Shown here one piece after another: positions 1 to 8,831 of a DNA stretch of 29,781 nucleotides. The position numbers and the translations under genes were made by a program. Position 1 is the first letter of the stretch. Each line of letters starts with the position of its first letter. The DNA comes from a virus. Where the stretch lies: the UHGV virus genome UHGV-0132373; one strand, given 5' to 3'. A model generated the notes under the pieces. That model was not told where the DNA came from. It made no database searches and worked only from the letters and a program-made list of their open reading frames with translations.

Positions 1-120
1 GGAATGGCATCAGACATCAGTCCGATTAGCAGGGCTTTTAAGTATGCGCTTGATGAAATCACAAAGAAAAAATCCCCGGTGGCCGCCGAGGATTTTAAGC
101 AAATTGATATGCAATTCTGA
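1..120 (+). CDS. 3' end of a CII/C1-like transcriptional activator gene (5' end cut by window edge)
   Basis: Frame 1 is open from the window edge to TGA at 118-120. The tail ...ITKKKSPVAAEDFKQIDMQF resembles the C-terminus of lambda CII as I recall it (...KKRPAATERSEQIQMEF). It sits just upstream of the O-like gene, as in lambdoid phages. Confidence 0.5.
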   Translation, partial: GMASDISPISRAFKYALDEITKKKSPVAAEDFKQIDMQF

Positions 121-152
121 GGGAATTACTGGATCAATCCACAGGAGTAATT

Positions 153-314
153 ATGACAAAACGTCGTAAGAAATACCAGGAAAAAGAAGAGATTCGACAC
201 CCTGATTCACCTGAGGGATTAGTGGTAGCCGCAGCAAATAACAGGGCGTTCGCAGAGCGCCTTGTTGGTGTTTACAGACTAGCCAAAGCAGGAGTGAAAC
301 ATGGGCGTCGTTAA
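153..314 (+). CDS. small basic hypothetical protein (53 aa)
   Basis: ATG at 153 preceded by AGGAG (ACAGGAGTAATT-ATG); TAA at 312-314 overlaps the start of the O-like gene. Below the 60-aa cutoff of the ORF track. No recognisable domain. Confidence 0.35.
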   Translation: MTKRRKKYQEKEEIRHPDSPEGLVVAAANNRAFAERLVGVYRLAKAGVKHGRR

Positions 315-1122
315 GTTAGCTGATTACAGGCCTCAACTTGAGGTCGTGGAGCATCGCGTGGCAGATACCGAAGATGGTTTCATGCGCGTTGCTAACGAGA
401 TTACCGACAGTCTGCTGATGGCTGATTTAACCGTCCGGCAGTTGAAGGTGATGCTCGCTATCATGCGCAAGACATACGGATTCAATAAGCCGATGGATCG
501 ACTCACAAACACGCAGATAGCAGCCATGACAGGTATTCATCACACTCATGTTTGCGCTGCCAAGCGCCAGCTTATCGAGCGTAAATTCCTCATTGCTGAT
601 GGCGTGAAAATCGGAGTGAACAAGGTGGTTTCTCAGTGGATTAGCCAGGACAGCTTAACATTAGCTAAAACAGCTAATAAAACATTAGCCAAGTCGGCTA
701 ATGGGTATAAGCCAAGTCAGCTAAACACAAAAGACAATATACAAAAGACAATAAATACAAATACCCCCTTACCCCCTAACGGGGGTGGCGATGGGCAGGT
801 TAAACCTGAACGTCGCAAGGCAGAACGAATCGACTACGAATCCTTCCTGAACGCCTACAACACCGAAGTCGGTGACAGACTGCCACACGCTGTTGCGGTC
901 AACGAGAAACGCAAACGCCGCCTGAAGAAAATCATCCCGCAACTGAAAACGCCAAACGTGGACGGTTTCAGAGCGTATGTCAGGGCGTTTGTGCATCAGG
1001 CCAAGCCGTTTTACTTCGGAGACAACGACACGGGCTGGACAGCTGATTTTGATTACCTGCTGAGGGAAGATTCGTTAACGGGAGTACGGGAAGGGAAGTT
1101 TGCAGACAGGGGGATTGCATGA
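301..1122 (+). CDS. replication initiation protein, lambda O / P22 gp18-like
   Basis: 273-aa ORF whose N-terminal region (…[37 protein letters not shown]…) matches the lambdoid O-type initiator DNA-binding domain. Internal iteron/AT-rich origin (641-790). Stop overlaps the helicase start (ATGA at 1119-1122). Confidence 0.85.
   Translation: MGVVKLADYRPQLEVVEHRVADTEDGFMRVANEITDSLLMADLTVRQLKVMLAIMRKTYGFNKPMDRLTNTQIAAMTGIHHTHVCAAKRQLIERKFLIADGVKIGVNKVVSQWISQDSLTLAKTANKTLAKSANGYKPSQLNTKDNIQKTINTNTPLPPNGGGDGQVKPERRKAERIDYESFLNAYNTEVGDRLPHAVAVNEKRKRRLKKIIPQLKTPNVDGFRAYVRAFVHQAKPFYFGDNDTGWTADFDYLLREDSLTGVREGKFADRGIA
641..790. repeat. putative origin of replication: about four imperfect 20-24 bp direct repeats (iterons), an A/T-rich tract, then a G/C-rich inverted element
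   Basis: TTAGCCAGGACAGCTTAACA / TTAGCTAAAACAGCTAATAAAACA / TTAGCCAAGTCGGCTAATGGGTATA / AGCCAAGTCAGCTAAACACAAAAG (641-733), then A/T-rich ACAATATACAAAAGACAATAAATACAAATA (734-765), then CCCCCTTACCCCCTAACGGGGGTGG (766-790). Lambda-type ori architecture inside the initiator gene. Confidence 0.7.
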
Positions 1123-2495
1123 GACAGGATATCGAAGCGAGCGTTATCGGTGGCCTGCTGATTGGTGGATTAACACCAACCGCCAGCGACGTTCTGGCAA
1201 CGCTGGAGCCGGAAGCGTTTTCAATTCCGCTCTACCGGAAAGCCTTCGAGGTTATCCGCAAGCAGGCGAGAAACAGAAACCTAATCGATGCGCTGATGGT
1301 TGCCGAGGCGTGCGGAGAGGAGCATTTCACGTCAATCCTGATGACCAGCAAAAACTGCCCGAGTGCCGCAAACCTGAAGGGATATGCTGGAATGGTCGCG
1401 GATAACTATCACCGCCGTCTGGTGCTGGAAATCATGGATGAAATGCGTGAACCAATTCAGAGCGGAACCATCGACGCATCGAGTCAGGCGATGGATGAAC
1501 TTGTAAAGCGTCTTTCAGCCATCAGAAAGCCACGTGACGAGGTTAAACCTGTACGGTTAGGGGAAATCATCACCGACTACACTGACACGCTTGACAGGCG
1601 TCTGAGGAACGGAGAAGAGTCCGATACCCTGAAGACCGGAATCGAAGAACTTGATGCCATCACCGGAGGGATGAACGCGGAAGACCTTGTGATAATCGCT
1701 GCTCGTCCTGGTATGGGGAAAACCGAACTGGCGCTGAAGATTGCCGAAGGCGTTGCAAGCCGCGTTATTCCTGGTTCTGACGTCCGGCGCGGAGTGTTGA
1801 TTTTCTCGATGGAAATGAGCGCATTGCAGATTGCAGAGCGAAGCATTGCCAACGCCGGGAGGATGCCGGTTAGCGTGCTGCGAAATCCTGCTTCGATGGA
1901 TGACGAAGGCTGGGCGCGCGTTGCTAACGGCATGAGTCAGCTTGCAGATTTGGATGTATGGGTAGTCGATGCCTCGCGGTTATCGGTCGAAGAAATACGC
2001 TCAATCGCAGAACGGCACAAACAGGAAAATCCAAACCTCTCACTCATCATGGCGGATTATCTTGGCCTGATTGAGAAGCCGAAAGCAGATCGCAACGACC
2101 TCGCAATTGCTCACATCTCCGGAAGCCTGAAGGCGATGGCGAAAGACCTGAAAACGCCAGTAATCTCCCTGAGTCAGCTTTCGCGCGATGTTGAGAAGCG
2201 ACCAAATAAACGCCCGACAAACGCAGATTTGCGTGATTCAGGAAGCATTGAACAGGACGCAGACTCAATCATCATGCTCTATCGGGAGGCGGTATATGAC
2301 GAGAACAGTAGCGCCGCGCCATTTGCTGAAATCATCGTGACGAAAAACCGTTTTGGCTCGCTTGGTACGGTTTACCAGCGGTTCTGCAACGGACACTTTG
2401 TTGCATGTGACCAGGATGAAGCCAGACAGATTTGCACAACATCAAATGCACCTGCTGCGCGTGGCAGACGATATGCACAAGGGGCTGACGTATGA
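1119..2495 (+). CDS. DnaB-family replicative DNA helicase (P22 gene 12-like)
   Basis: 458 aa with Walker A motif [16 protein letters not shown] and DnaB-like C-terminal domain features (…[41 protein letters not shown]…). Translationally coupled to the O-like gene. Confidence 0.9.
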   Translation: MRQDIEASVIGGLLIGGLTPTASDVLATLEPEAFSIPLYRKAFEVIRKQARNRNLIDALMVAEACGEEHFTSILMTSKNCPSAANLKGYAGMVADNYHRRLVLEIMDEMREPIQSGTIDASSQAMDELVKRLSAIRKPRDEVKPVRLGEIITDYTDTLDRRLRNGEESDTLKTGIEELDAITGGMNAEDLVIIAARPGMGKTELALKIAEGVASRVIPGSDVRRGVLIFSMEMSALQIAERSIANAGRMPVSVLRNPASMDDEGWARVANGMSQLADLDVWVVDASRLSVEEIRSIAERHKQENPNLSLIMADYLGLIEKPKADRNDLAIAHISGSLKAMAKDLKTPVISLSQLSRDVEKRPNKRPTNADLRDSGSIEQDADSIIMLYREAVYDENSSAAPFAEIIVTKNRFGSLGTVYQRFCNGHFVACDQDEARQICTTSNAPAARGRRYAQGADV

Positions 2496-2521
2496 CCATC
2501 TACATCACTGAGCTAATAACA

Positions 2522-2550
2522 GGGGCTATTTACACAGTAGCCCTTTTTTA
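2522..2550 (+). terminator. putative intrinsic terminator after the helicase gene
   Basis: GGGGCTA-tttacacag-TAGCCC hairpin followed by TTTTTTATT. Confidence 0.5.
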
Positions 2551-2576
2551 TTGGATTAAGAACGAGGGGGATCCTG

Positions 2577-2780
2577 ATGGACACCGTTAACGGAATGTGT
2601 TCAGACGCACCGCGTGCCAAAAAATGTAAATGCGGAAAATCACCGACAATATTCGACATGGAGAACGGGTGCCAAATCTACTGCGCTAACCACGCCGCTG
2701 TGGCGGCCGCGAATTATCGCAGTGCGGTAACGGAGTGGAATAACCTGAAATCTGTTAGAGAGGGAAGTCATGAATCTTGA
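2577..2780 (+). CDS. small Cys-rich hypothetical protein (nin-region)
   Basis: 67-aa ORF with CxC…C…C spacing (KKCKCGKSPTIFDMENGCQIYCANH) and an upstream GAGGGGG Shine-Dalgarno. Position equivalent to the ninA side of lambdoid nin regions. Confidence 0.45.
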   Translation: MDTVNGMCSDAPRAKKCKCGKSPTIFDMENGCQIYCANHAAVAAANYRSAVTEWNNLKSVREGSHES

Positions 2781-2952
2781 CGAGCAAGATGCACAAACTA
2801 TTAGCTCATACATAAGGGCATCAAGACCAGATTACAAAGGTCCGGTATTCGTAGATTTATCTCGCCTTGAGGAGATTTACATGTGGGAAGCAAAGCTACG
2901 TACGCATTTTTTTATTCGTAAGATGACTAGCAACATTACAAAACCAATGTAA
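2770..2952 (+). CDS. hypothetical protein (nin-region)
   Basis: 60-aa ORF, start overlaps the previous ORF, GAGGGAAG upstream. No recognised domain. Confidence 0.4.
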   Translation: MNLDEQDAQTISSYIRASRPDYKGPVFVDLSRLEEIYMWEAKLRTHFFIRKMTSNITKPM

Positions 2953-2966
2953 CTGGAGAGGTGAAT

Positions 2967-3182
2967 ATGAGCACACTCGCAGACCTTATTCATGCTGATA
3001 TGGCGGAAGATGGAGCAAGGCGTAATAGGTACTGGAAATCATCAAGCCTTCCAGTTTGTGAAAGATTCAACCACAGGCCAAAACCAAAACGTAGCCGACG
3101 AGACAAGGTGTTGAAAAAACTCATGCAAATAAACATGGCTGGTTTTGTCAGATTCGTGAGTGAAACGACTAACGAGGATTGA
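2967..3182 (+). CDS. hypothetical basic protein (nin-region)
   Basis: ORF with GGAGAGG Shine-Dalgarno; ATG at 2967 (alternative GTG at 2961). Lys/Arg-rich middle (HRPKPKRSRRDK). Confidence 0.4.
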   Translation: MSTLADLIHADMAEDGARRNRYWKSSSLPVCERFNHRPKPKRSRRDKVLKKLMQINMAGFVRFVSETTNED

Positions 3183-3183
3183 T

Positions 3184-3447
3184 ATGGACGAATCAAGAAA
3201 GCAGTTTGAAGAATGGTTTGAAAATTACACCGGATGTGATCCTAAAAATAAAATATACGCCAATATGGTTGAGATGTATTGGCAAGCGTGGCAGGCATCG
3301 CGAGCAGCTATCGAGATTGAGCTGCAAAAGCCAAAGAAAGGCCCACTTCCCGGTGATTATCACATTGGCTATGACTCAGGTGCAGAATCGCAATACGAAA
3401 GCGATGTAGAGGCTATCCGCGCCGCTGGAATCAAAGTGAAGGAGTGA
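3184..3447 (+). CDS. hypothetical protein (nin-region)
   Basis: 87 aa from ATG 3184 preceded by GAGGA; coding-like composition. No recognised domain. Confidence 0.5.
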   Translation: MDESRKQFEEWFENYTGCDPKNKIYANMVEMYWQAWQASRAAIEIELQKPKKGPLPGDYHIGYDSGAESQYESDVEAIRAAGIKVKE

Positions 3448-3449
3448 GT

Positions 3450-3614
3450 ATGAGCGCATACGAAGAAATCATGTTAGCCCTGCGATTCTTTTTCGGTGTG
3501 GAAGAAGATGAAAACGTAAATGAGATTATCGGACAAGACCATGACCCGATAGGGACTATTGCAGCTGCACTTGACGATTACAGGAGCGTAAATGGTGAGG
3601 AAACTAACGTTTGA
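3450..3614 (+). CDS. small hypothetical protein (54 aa)
   Basis: ATG at 3450 preceded by GGAGTGAG; ends TGA 3612-3614, overlapping the ninB start. Below the ORF-track cutoff. Confidence 0.3.
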   Translation: MSAYEEIMLALRFFFGVEEDENVNEIIGQDHDPIGTIAAALDDYRSVNGEETNV

Positions 3615-4035
3615 ACTAAGAAGCCCCATCCATCAGCAGAACGCCATTCAAGCTATCCAGCAAATTCTTCCAGACCCAACCAAACCAATCGTAGTGACCA
3701 TCCAGGAACGCAACCGCAGCTTAGACCAAAACCGAAAGCTTTGGGCTTGCCTTGGTGACGTCTCTCGTCAGGTTGAATGGCATGGTCGCTGGCTGGATGC
3801 AGAAAGTTGGAAGTGTGTGTTTACCGCAGCATTAAAGCAGCAGGACGTTGTTCCTAACCTTGCCGGGAATGGCTTTGTGGTAATAGGCCAGTCAACCAGC
3901 AGGATGCGTGTAAGCGAATTTGCGGAGCTATTAGAGCTTATACAGGCATTCGGTACAGAGCGTGGCGTTAAGTGGTCAGACGAAGCGCGACTGGCTCTCG
4001 AATGGAAAGCGCGATGGGGAGATCGGGCTGCATGA
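3592..4035 (+). CDS. ninB: NinB (Orf-family recombination mediator)
   Basis: 147-aa protein near-identical over its length to lambda NinB as I recall it (…[143 protein letters not shown]). Confidence 0.93.
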   Translation: MVRKLTFELRSPIHQQNAIQAIQQILPDPTKPIVVTIQERNRSLDQNRKLWACLGDVSRQVEWHGRWLDAESWKCVFTAALKQQDVVPNLAGNGFVVIGQSTSRMRVSEFAELLELIQAFGTERGVKWSDEARLALEWKARWGDRAA

Positions 4036-4559
4036 CTATCAAATCAAATACGCCAGCACACGACAAGGACTGCTGGCAAACGCCGCTTTGGCTTTTTGAT
4101 GCACTGGATATTGAGTTTGGATTCTGGCTGGATTCGGCAGCGAGCGACAAAAATGCTCTGTGTGCTCACTGGCTAACTGAGGCCGACGACGCGCTCAATT
4201 CTGAGTGGGTAAGCCACGGTGCAATCTGGAATAACCCACCGTACAGCAATATCAGGCCGTGGGTGGAAAAAGCCGCTGAGCAGTGCATACAACAGCGACA
4301 GACGGTAGTTATGCTTGTGCCAGAGGATATGTCAGTCGGATGGTTCAGCAAGGCTCTGGAGAGTGTCGACGAAGTTCGCATTATCACTGATGGACGGATT
4401 AATTTTATCGAACCATCGACAGGGTTGGAGAAGAAGGGAAACAGCAAAGGCTCCATGCTGCTGATTTGGCGACCGTTCATCAGTCCTCGACGGATGTTTA
4501 CTACCGTATCCAAAGCGGCATTGATGGCGATCGGGCAGGGCGTCAGGAGGGCGGCATGA
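4032..4559 (+). CDS. DNA N6-adenine methyltransferase (phage Dam-like)
   Basis: 175 aa from ATG 4032 (ATGA overlap with ninB stop). Contains the catalytic NPPY motif ([10 protein letters not shown]) of N6-adenine/N4-cytosine methyltransferases. Occupies the ninC position. Confidence 0.85.
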   Translation: MTIKSNTPAHDKDCWQTPLWLFDALDIEFGFWLDSAASDKNALCAHWLTEADDALNSEWVSHGAIWNNPPYSNIRPWVEKAAEQCIQQRQTVVMLVPEDMSVGWFSKALESVDEVRIITDGRINFIEPSTGLEKKGNSKGSMLLIWRPFISPRRMFTTVSKAALMAIGQGVRRAA

Positions 4560-4732
4560 GGCGACAGCGACGAAGTATCACCGACATCATCTGCGAAAAC
4601 TGCAAATACCTTCCAACGAAACGCTCCAGAAATAAACGCAAGCAAATCCCAAAAGAATCTGACGTAAAAACCTTCAACTACACGGCTCACCTGTGGGATA
4701 TCCGGTGGCTAAGACATCGTGCGAGGAAATGA
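4556..4732 (+). CDS. ninE: NinE-like small basic protein
   Basis: 58 aa [58 protein letters not shown], matching my recollection of lambda NinE. ATGA overlap with the methyltransferase stop. The NinD versus NinE label is uncertain. Confidence 0.6.
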   Translation: MRRQRRSITDIICENCKYLPTKRSRNKRKQIPKESDVKTFNYTAHLWDIRWLRHRARK

Positions 4733-5094
4733 CAATGGATTATTCACAGTTAAGTGATTTTGAAATTAACGTGGCGGTATTCGAAGCCATTCATAACGGA
4801 TCACCGGATTACAAAGAAGGTGAGAATGGCGATATGGTGTTTGTCTCATTTGAGGGAGACATTGTAAACGGATACGCAGTTGAAGTAGAAGTTGAGCGCG
4901 GATCCTTTAACCCATGCGCAAACCCAGCAGACGCATGGCCGATTATTGAAAAATACAGGATTAGCATTATCAATCTCGATGAAGACGAGTGGGGTGCACG
5001 CGGTGTGGCCTACTGTAAATCTAAGCGAGCTATACATGAAAATCCCCTCCGCGCCGCCATGATTGTCTTTCTCATGATGCAGAGAATCCAATAA
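4729..5094 (+). CDS. conserved hypothetical nin-region protein (121 aa)
   Basis: ATG 4729 with GAGGAA Shine-Dalgarno, ATGA overlap with the previous stop; acidic protein. The ORF-track start at 4693 is a GTG further upstream. Confidence 0.6.
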   Translation: MTMDYSQLSDFEINVAVFEAIHNGSPDYKEGENGDMVFVSFEGDIVNGYAVEVEVERGSFNPCANPADAWPIIEKYRISIINLDEDEWGARGVAYCKSKRAIHENPLRAAMIVFLMMQRIQ

Positions 5095-5270
5095 TGCTTA
5101 GCCCATCCCAATCCATTCAATACCAGAAAGAAAGCGTCGAGCGGGCTTTAACGTGCGCTAATTGCGGTCAAAAGCTGCATGTGCTGGAAGTTCACGTGTG
5201 TGAGCACTGCTGCGCAGAACTGATGAGCGATCCGAATAGCTCAATGTACGAGGAAGAAGACGATGAGTGA
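5094..5270 (+). CDS. ninF: NinF-like protein (58 aa)
   Basis: [58 protein letters not shown]: Cys-rich, matching the size and sequence of lambda NinF as I recall it. TAATG overlap with the upstream gene. Missed by the 60-aa ORF track. Confidence 0.7.
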   Translation: MLSPSQSIQYQKESVERALTCANCGQKLHVLEVHVCEHCCAELMSDPNSSMYEEEDDE

Positions 5271-5475
5271 TTACCTGAAATGGTATCTCTGCCACCGCTG
5301 GTTAATTAAGTTTGCTGTAAAAGACTGGATGACAGCGGATGCCAACAAGCTTAAGCAAAGAAAAGACTATTACTACGCCAGAATGAAGGAAAACTACTGC
5401 TCAATTCGCACTCGCATATTTATTAAAAAAGACCTTCAGTCAATTCTTCAATTGCGAGGGAAGGTAAATGGCTAA
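5263..5475 (+). CDS. hypothetical protein (70 aa)
   Basis: ORF overlapping the ninF stop and the downstream start; no recognised domain. Confidence 0.4.
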   Translation: MSDYLKWYLCHRWLIKFAVKDWMTADANKLKQRKDYYYARMKENYCSIRTRIFIKKDLQSILQLRGKVNG

Positions 5476-5758
5476 CCTACGCAAAGAAGCGCGCGGCAGA
5501 GAATGCCAGGTACGTATTTACGGCGTATGCAATGGCAATCCTGAAACTACAGTTCTGGCACATTACCGGATGGCTGGAATTTGCGGAACGGGAATGAAAC
5601 CTGACGACATGATCGGCGCATGGGCTTGTAGCGCGTGTCACGATGAAATCGACCGACGCACCCATAACCTCGACAACAAAGACGCCAGACTTTACCACCT
5701 CGAAGGCGTGATCAGGACGCAGGCGATACTGCTGAAGGAGGGGAAGATTAAGTCATGA
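5468..5758 (+). CDS. Cys-rich hypothetical protein, probable zinc-binding nin-region protein
   Basis: 96 aa with several Cys/His (CQVRIYGVCNG…CGTG…CSACHDEIDRR); GAGGGAAGG Shine-Dalgarno. Occupies the ninG side next to RusA. Confidence 0.6.
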   Translation: MANLRKEARGRECQVRIYGVCNGNPETTVLAHYRMAGICGTGMKPDDMIGAWACSACHDEIDRRTHNLDNKDARLYHLEGVIRTQAILLKEGKIKS

Positions 5759-6117
5759 ACGAATATCAGTTTGTGCTTCCATACCCGCCGTCGGTGAACA
5801 CCTACTGGCGAAGACGGGGAAGCCAATACTACATCAGCGATAAAGGCCAGAAATACCGAAAAGACGTTCAGCAAATCATCCGCCAACTCAAGTTAGACAT
5901 TTTCACCAAATCACGACTACGAATCAAAATAATCGCAGACATTCCGGACTCACGTCGCCGCGATCTCGACAACATCCTTAAATGCTTGCTCGACTCCCTT
6001 ATCCACGCCGGATTTGCGGAAGACGACGAGCAATTCGATGACATTCGCGTAATTCGTGGTGTGAAAGTACCAGGCGGAAGGCTTGGAATAAAAATCACCG
6101 AACTGGAGAACGTATGA
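5755..6117 (+). CDS. rusA: RusA-family Holliday junction resolvase
   Basis: 120 aa with RusA hallmarks: LPYPPSVNTYW…, the acidic catalytic region (…RRRDLDNILKCLLDSL…) and C-terminal GGRLGIKITE. Confidence 0.9.
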   Translation: MNEYQFVLPYPPSVNTYWRRRGSQYYISDKGQKYRKDVQQIIRQLKLDIFTKSRLRIKIIADIPDSRRRDLDNILKCLLDSLIHAGFAEDDEQFDDIRVIRGVKVPGGRLGIKITELENV

Positions 6118-6302
6118 ACGCCACAATTCAAACGATACCAGAGCTTCTTATCCAGACACGAGGCAATCAGACCGAAGTGGCGAGGATGCTTTCCTGCGCA
6201 AGAGGAACAGTGCTCAAGTACAACCGAGACAGCAAAGGCGAGCGTCATGTAATAGTTAACGGCGTCCTGATGGTCAAACAGGGCAAGAGGGGAAGACGAT
6301 GA
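6114..6302 (+). CDS. ninH: NinH-like protein
   Basis: 62 aa containing …IPELLIQTRGNQTEVARMLSCARGTVLKY…, matching the HTH-like core of lambda NinH (…GNQTEVARRLKCSRGTVRKY…). Confidence 0.8.
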   Translation: MNATIQTIPELLIQTRGNQTEVARMLSCARGTVLKYNRDSKGERHVIVNGVLMVKQGKRGRR

Positions 6303-6817
6303 GCATAAGAGAACTAAATCTCACCAAAGAGCAGCACGAGTGGCTGAATGGCTGGCTTGAACTGTGGGGCGCATGGGTTTATTCAGGTCGTCTGGAAAAG
6401 CGCATGAGCAGCGTAATAGCGAAGTTCATGGAGAGCGTAGAGCCGGGAAGAGTTATGACAAGGCCAATGTGCAATGATGATGATGGAATGTTGATTTCTC
6501 AGGTCGTCGATTCCGTCATGTACATTGACAAAAAAGCCTTTGGGATCCTCCTCAGCTACTACGCTCATGGTTCATCTAAGCGAGCAATTGCATCCTACTA
6601 TCACGCGACTGCAAAGCCACGCAAGATGTGTGGACGTGGTGGCGAGGGATGGAGAAAACCTTCACTGGCAACCTGTAGAAACGAAATTGACGACATCCTG
6701 AAAGCGTCGTTATTTGTTTTGTACCAACCAATGCAAAATGCTTTCAAAATGCGTAAACGTGTTGAGAAAGTTAAGCATGTTGCTGTTAAAAGCCTTGACA
6801 TGCAATTAGCCATTTAG
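6299..6817 (+). CDS. late-gene antiterminator Q (non-lambda Q type)
   Basis: 172-aa ORF in the canonical position between ninH and the lysis cassette; a sigma70-like promoter overlaps its 3' end as for lambda pR'. Family assignment by synteny and general resemblance, not by a defined motif. Confidence 0.65.
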   Translation: MSIRELNLTKEQHEWLNGWLELWGAWVYSGRLEKRMSSVIAKFMESVEPGRVMTRPMCNDDDGMLISQVVDSVMYIDKKAFGILLSYYAHGSSKRAIASYYHATAKPRKMCGRGGEGWRKPSLATCRNEIDDILKASLFVLYQPMQNAFKMRKRVEKVKHVAVKSLDMQLAI

Positions 6818-6824
6818 CCATAAT
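6795..6824 (+). promoter_or_regulatory. putative late promoter (pR'-like)
   Basis: TTGACA (6795-6800), 18-bp spacer, CATAAT (6819-6824), overlapping the Q stop codon. Confidence 0.5.
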
Positions 6825-6832
6825 TAGCAGGT

Positions 6833-6879
6833 AAGCTGCCGTTAGTGACTCTTAAGTTGCAACGGTGGCTTTTTTATTT
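6833..6879 (+). terminator. possible promoter-proximal terminator (tR'-like) for Q-mediated antitermination
   Basis: Imperfect hairpin GCTGCCGTT…AACGGTGGC followed by TTTTTTATTT about 40 nt downstream of the putative -10; the loop is long, so the structure is uncertain. Confidence 0.3.
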
Positions 6880-7393
6880 GCACAACAGGTAAGAGCATTG
6901 AACCCGCAGACCTCGCGGAATTGGTGAAAGGTGCCGCGCAGTGCTCTTATCGTTGTGGTGAATGCACAGGCTGATGCGTTAATCAGGTGAACGAGATACC
7001 CGCCGGTCCGTGATATGGCACACCGTGCCGGTCATATCTGCCACGGTTAGGTTTACGAGGATTTCGTAAAGCTGGTCTAGGGTGAAGCCGTGAAAGCGGA
7101 GGAAGTAAAACGAGGCGTCGGTACACGCCTATCGTCATTAAGTCGGAGTTCAGCACCGACCGCCACAACCCAAACTGAGCCGTAGCCACTGGCTGTCCTG
7201 AATTCATCAGTGATAGTTATGCTGCGGCCTTCTACACATGACCTTCGTGAAAGCGGGTGGCAAGAGGCTGCGCTAACAACCTCCTGCCGTTTTGCCCGTG
7301 CATATCGGTCACGAACAAATCTGATTACTAAACACAGTAGCCTGGATTTGTTCTATCAGTAATCGACCTTATTCCTAATTAAATAGAGCAAAT

Positions 7394-7407
7394 CCCCTTA
7401 TTGGGGG
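7394..7407 (+). promoter_or_regulatory. sdi-like stem-loop occluding the holin Shine-Dalgarno (controls dual starts)
   Basis: CCCC-TTATT-GGGGG directly upstream of the ATG-AAG-ATG dual start at 7414/7420, as in lambda S. Confidence 0.6.
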
Positions 7408-7413
7408 TAAGAC

Positions 7414-7737
7414 ATGAAGATGCCAGAAAAACATGACCTGTTAGCCGCCATTCTCGCGGCAAAGGAACAAGGCATCGGGGCAATCCTTGCGTTTGCAATG
7501 GCGTACCTTCGCGGCAGATATAATGGCGGTGCGTTTACAAAAACAGTAATCGACGCAACGATGTGCGCCATTATCGCCTGGTTCATTCGTGACCTTCTCG
7601 ACTTCGCCGGACTAAGTAGCAATCTCGCTTATATAACGAGCGTGTTCATCGGCTACATCGGTACTGACTCGATTGGTTCGCTTATCAAACGCTTCGCTGC
7701 TAAAAAAGCCGGAGTAGAAGATGGTGGAAATCAATAA
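7414..7737 (+). CDS. S: class I holin (lambda S; S107 antiholin / S105 holin dual start)
   Basis: 107-aa protein essentially identical to lambda S as I recall it ([67 protein letters not shown]…); Met-Lys-Met dual start. Confidence 0.96.
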   Translation: MKMPEKHDLLAAILAAKEQGIGAILAFAMAYLRGRYNGGAFTKTVIDATMCAIIAWFIRDLLDFAGLSSNLAYITSVFIGYIGTDSIGSLIKRFAAKKAGVEDGGNQ

Positions 7738-8197
7738 TCAACGTAAGGCGTTCCTCGATATGCTGGCGTGGTCAGAGGGAACTGATAACGGACGGCAGAA
7801 AACCAGAAATCATGGTTATGACGTCATTGTAGGCGGAGAGCTATTCACTGATTACTCCGATCACCCTCGCAAACTTGTCACGCTAAACCCAAAACTCAAA
7901 TCAACAGCAGCCGGACGTTACCAGCTTCTTTCCCGTTGGTGGGATGCCTACCGTAAGCAGCTTGGCCTGAAAGATTTCTCTCCGAAAAGCCAGGACGCTG
8001 TGGCATTGCAGCAGATTAAGGAACGTGGCGCTTTGCCGATGATTGATCGCGGCGATATTCGTCAGGCTATCGACCGTTGCAGCAATATCTGGGCTTCACT
8101 GCCGGGGGCTGGTTACGGTCAGTTCGAGCATAAGGCTGACAGCCTGATTACAAAATTTAAAGAAGCGGGCGGAACGGTCAGAGAGATTGAGGTATGA
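7721..8197 (+). CDS. R: endolysin (lambda R-type lytic transglycosylase)
   Basis: 158 aa near-identical to lambda R as I recall it ([77 protein letters not shown]…); start overlaps the holin 3' end. Confidence 0.96.
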   Translation: MVEINNQRKAFLDMLAWSEGTDNGRQKTRNHGYDVIVGGELFTDYSDHPRKLVTLNPKLKSTAAGRYQLLSRWWDAYRKQLGLKDFSPKSQDAVALQQIKERGALPMIDRGDIRQAIDRCSNIWASLPGAGYGQFEHKADSLITKFKEAGGTVREIEV

Positions 8198-8631
8198 GCA
8201 GAGTAACCGCGATTATCTCCGCTCTGGTTATCTGCATCATCGTTTGCCTGTCATGGGCTGTTAATCACTACCGTGATAACGCCATCGCCTACAAAGAGCA
8301 GCGCGATAAGGCCGCATCCACAATTGCTGACATGCAGAAGCGTCAACGTGATGTAGCAGAACTCGATGCCAGATATACAAAGGAGCTTGCTGATGCTAAC
8401 GCGACTATCGAAAGTCTCCGTGCTGATGTTTCTGCTGGGCGTAAGCGCCTGCAAGTCGCCGCCACCTGTGCAAAGTCAACGACCGGAGCCAGCAGCATGG
8501 GCGATGGAGAAAGCCCAAGACTTACAGCAGATGCTGAACTCAATTATTACCGTCTACGAAGCGGAATCGACAGGATAACCGCGCAGGTTAACTACCTGCA
8601 GGAGTACATCAGGACGCAATGCCTTCGATGA
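8194..8631 (+). CDS. Rz: i-spanin Rz
   Basis: 145 aa with an N-terminal TM helix ([18 protein letters not shown]) and a coiled-coil periplasmic domain; N-terminus matches lambda Rz; ATGA overlap with R. Confidence 0.9.
   Translation: MSRVTAIISALVICIIVCLSWAVNHYRDNAIAYKEQRDKAASTIADMQKRQRDVAELDARYTKELADANATIESLRADVSAGRKRLQVAATCAKSTTGASSMGDGESPRLTADAELNYYRLRSGIDRITAQVNYLQEYIRTQCLR
8393..8578 (+). CDS. Rz1: o-spanin Rz1, lipoprotein embedded in the +1 frame of Rz
   Basis: 61 aa from ATG 8393 with AAGGAG seven nt upstream; signal peptide [20 protein letters not shown] with lipobox Cys, followed by a Pro-rich mature peptide ([16 protein letters not shown]). The ORF-track start at 8366 is probably too far upstream. 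Confidence 0.8.
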   Translation: MLTRLSKVSVLMFLLGVSACKSPPPVQSQRPEPAAWAMEKAQDLQQMLNSIITVYEAESTG

Positions 8632-8804
8632 TAGCGATAATTTTACTCATCATCCTTCACATCTGGCTCTGTAGACAGGGTGATGATCACTTCTGGAGTA
8701 AATCCAGATTAAACATCTCATTGCTGATGCTTGATATTGAGCATCTGGCGCGCAGTAAGGGGCTGCGTTGAGATAAGAGCCAGTCATTACAAATACCAGG
8801 ATTT

Positions 8805-8831
8805 AGCCTCGCATTTGCGGGGCTTTTTTAT
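8805..8831 (+). terminator. putative intrinsic terminator downstream of the lysis cassette
   Basis: AGCCTCGC-attt-GCGGGGCT hairpin (one G-U pair) followed by TTTTTTAT. Confidence 0.55.

Noticed and set aside
1100-1405. 101-aa + strand ORF overlapping the O/helicase junction
   Set aside because: Alternative frame of the helicase 5' region; Arg/Gly-rich translation typical of an out-of-frame read.
4166-4690. 174-aa reverse-strand ORF antisense to the methyltransferase and ninE-like genes
   Set aside because: No Shine-Dalgarno, low-complexity Ser/Ala-rich translation, and it fully overlaps well-supported + strand genes.
6983-7207. 74-aa reverse-strand ORF in the Q-to-holin intergenic region
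   Set aside because: Pro/Arg-rich translation, no Shine-Dalgarno, in a region expected to be a non-coding late-transcript leader.
6880-7400. Possible tRNA genes or toxin cargo downstream of Q (as in Stx phages)
   Set aside because: I could not find a T-arm (GTTCGA-type) motif with a matching acceptor stem, and no ORF of coding quality; the region looks non-coding.
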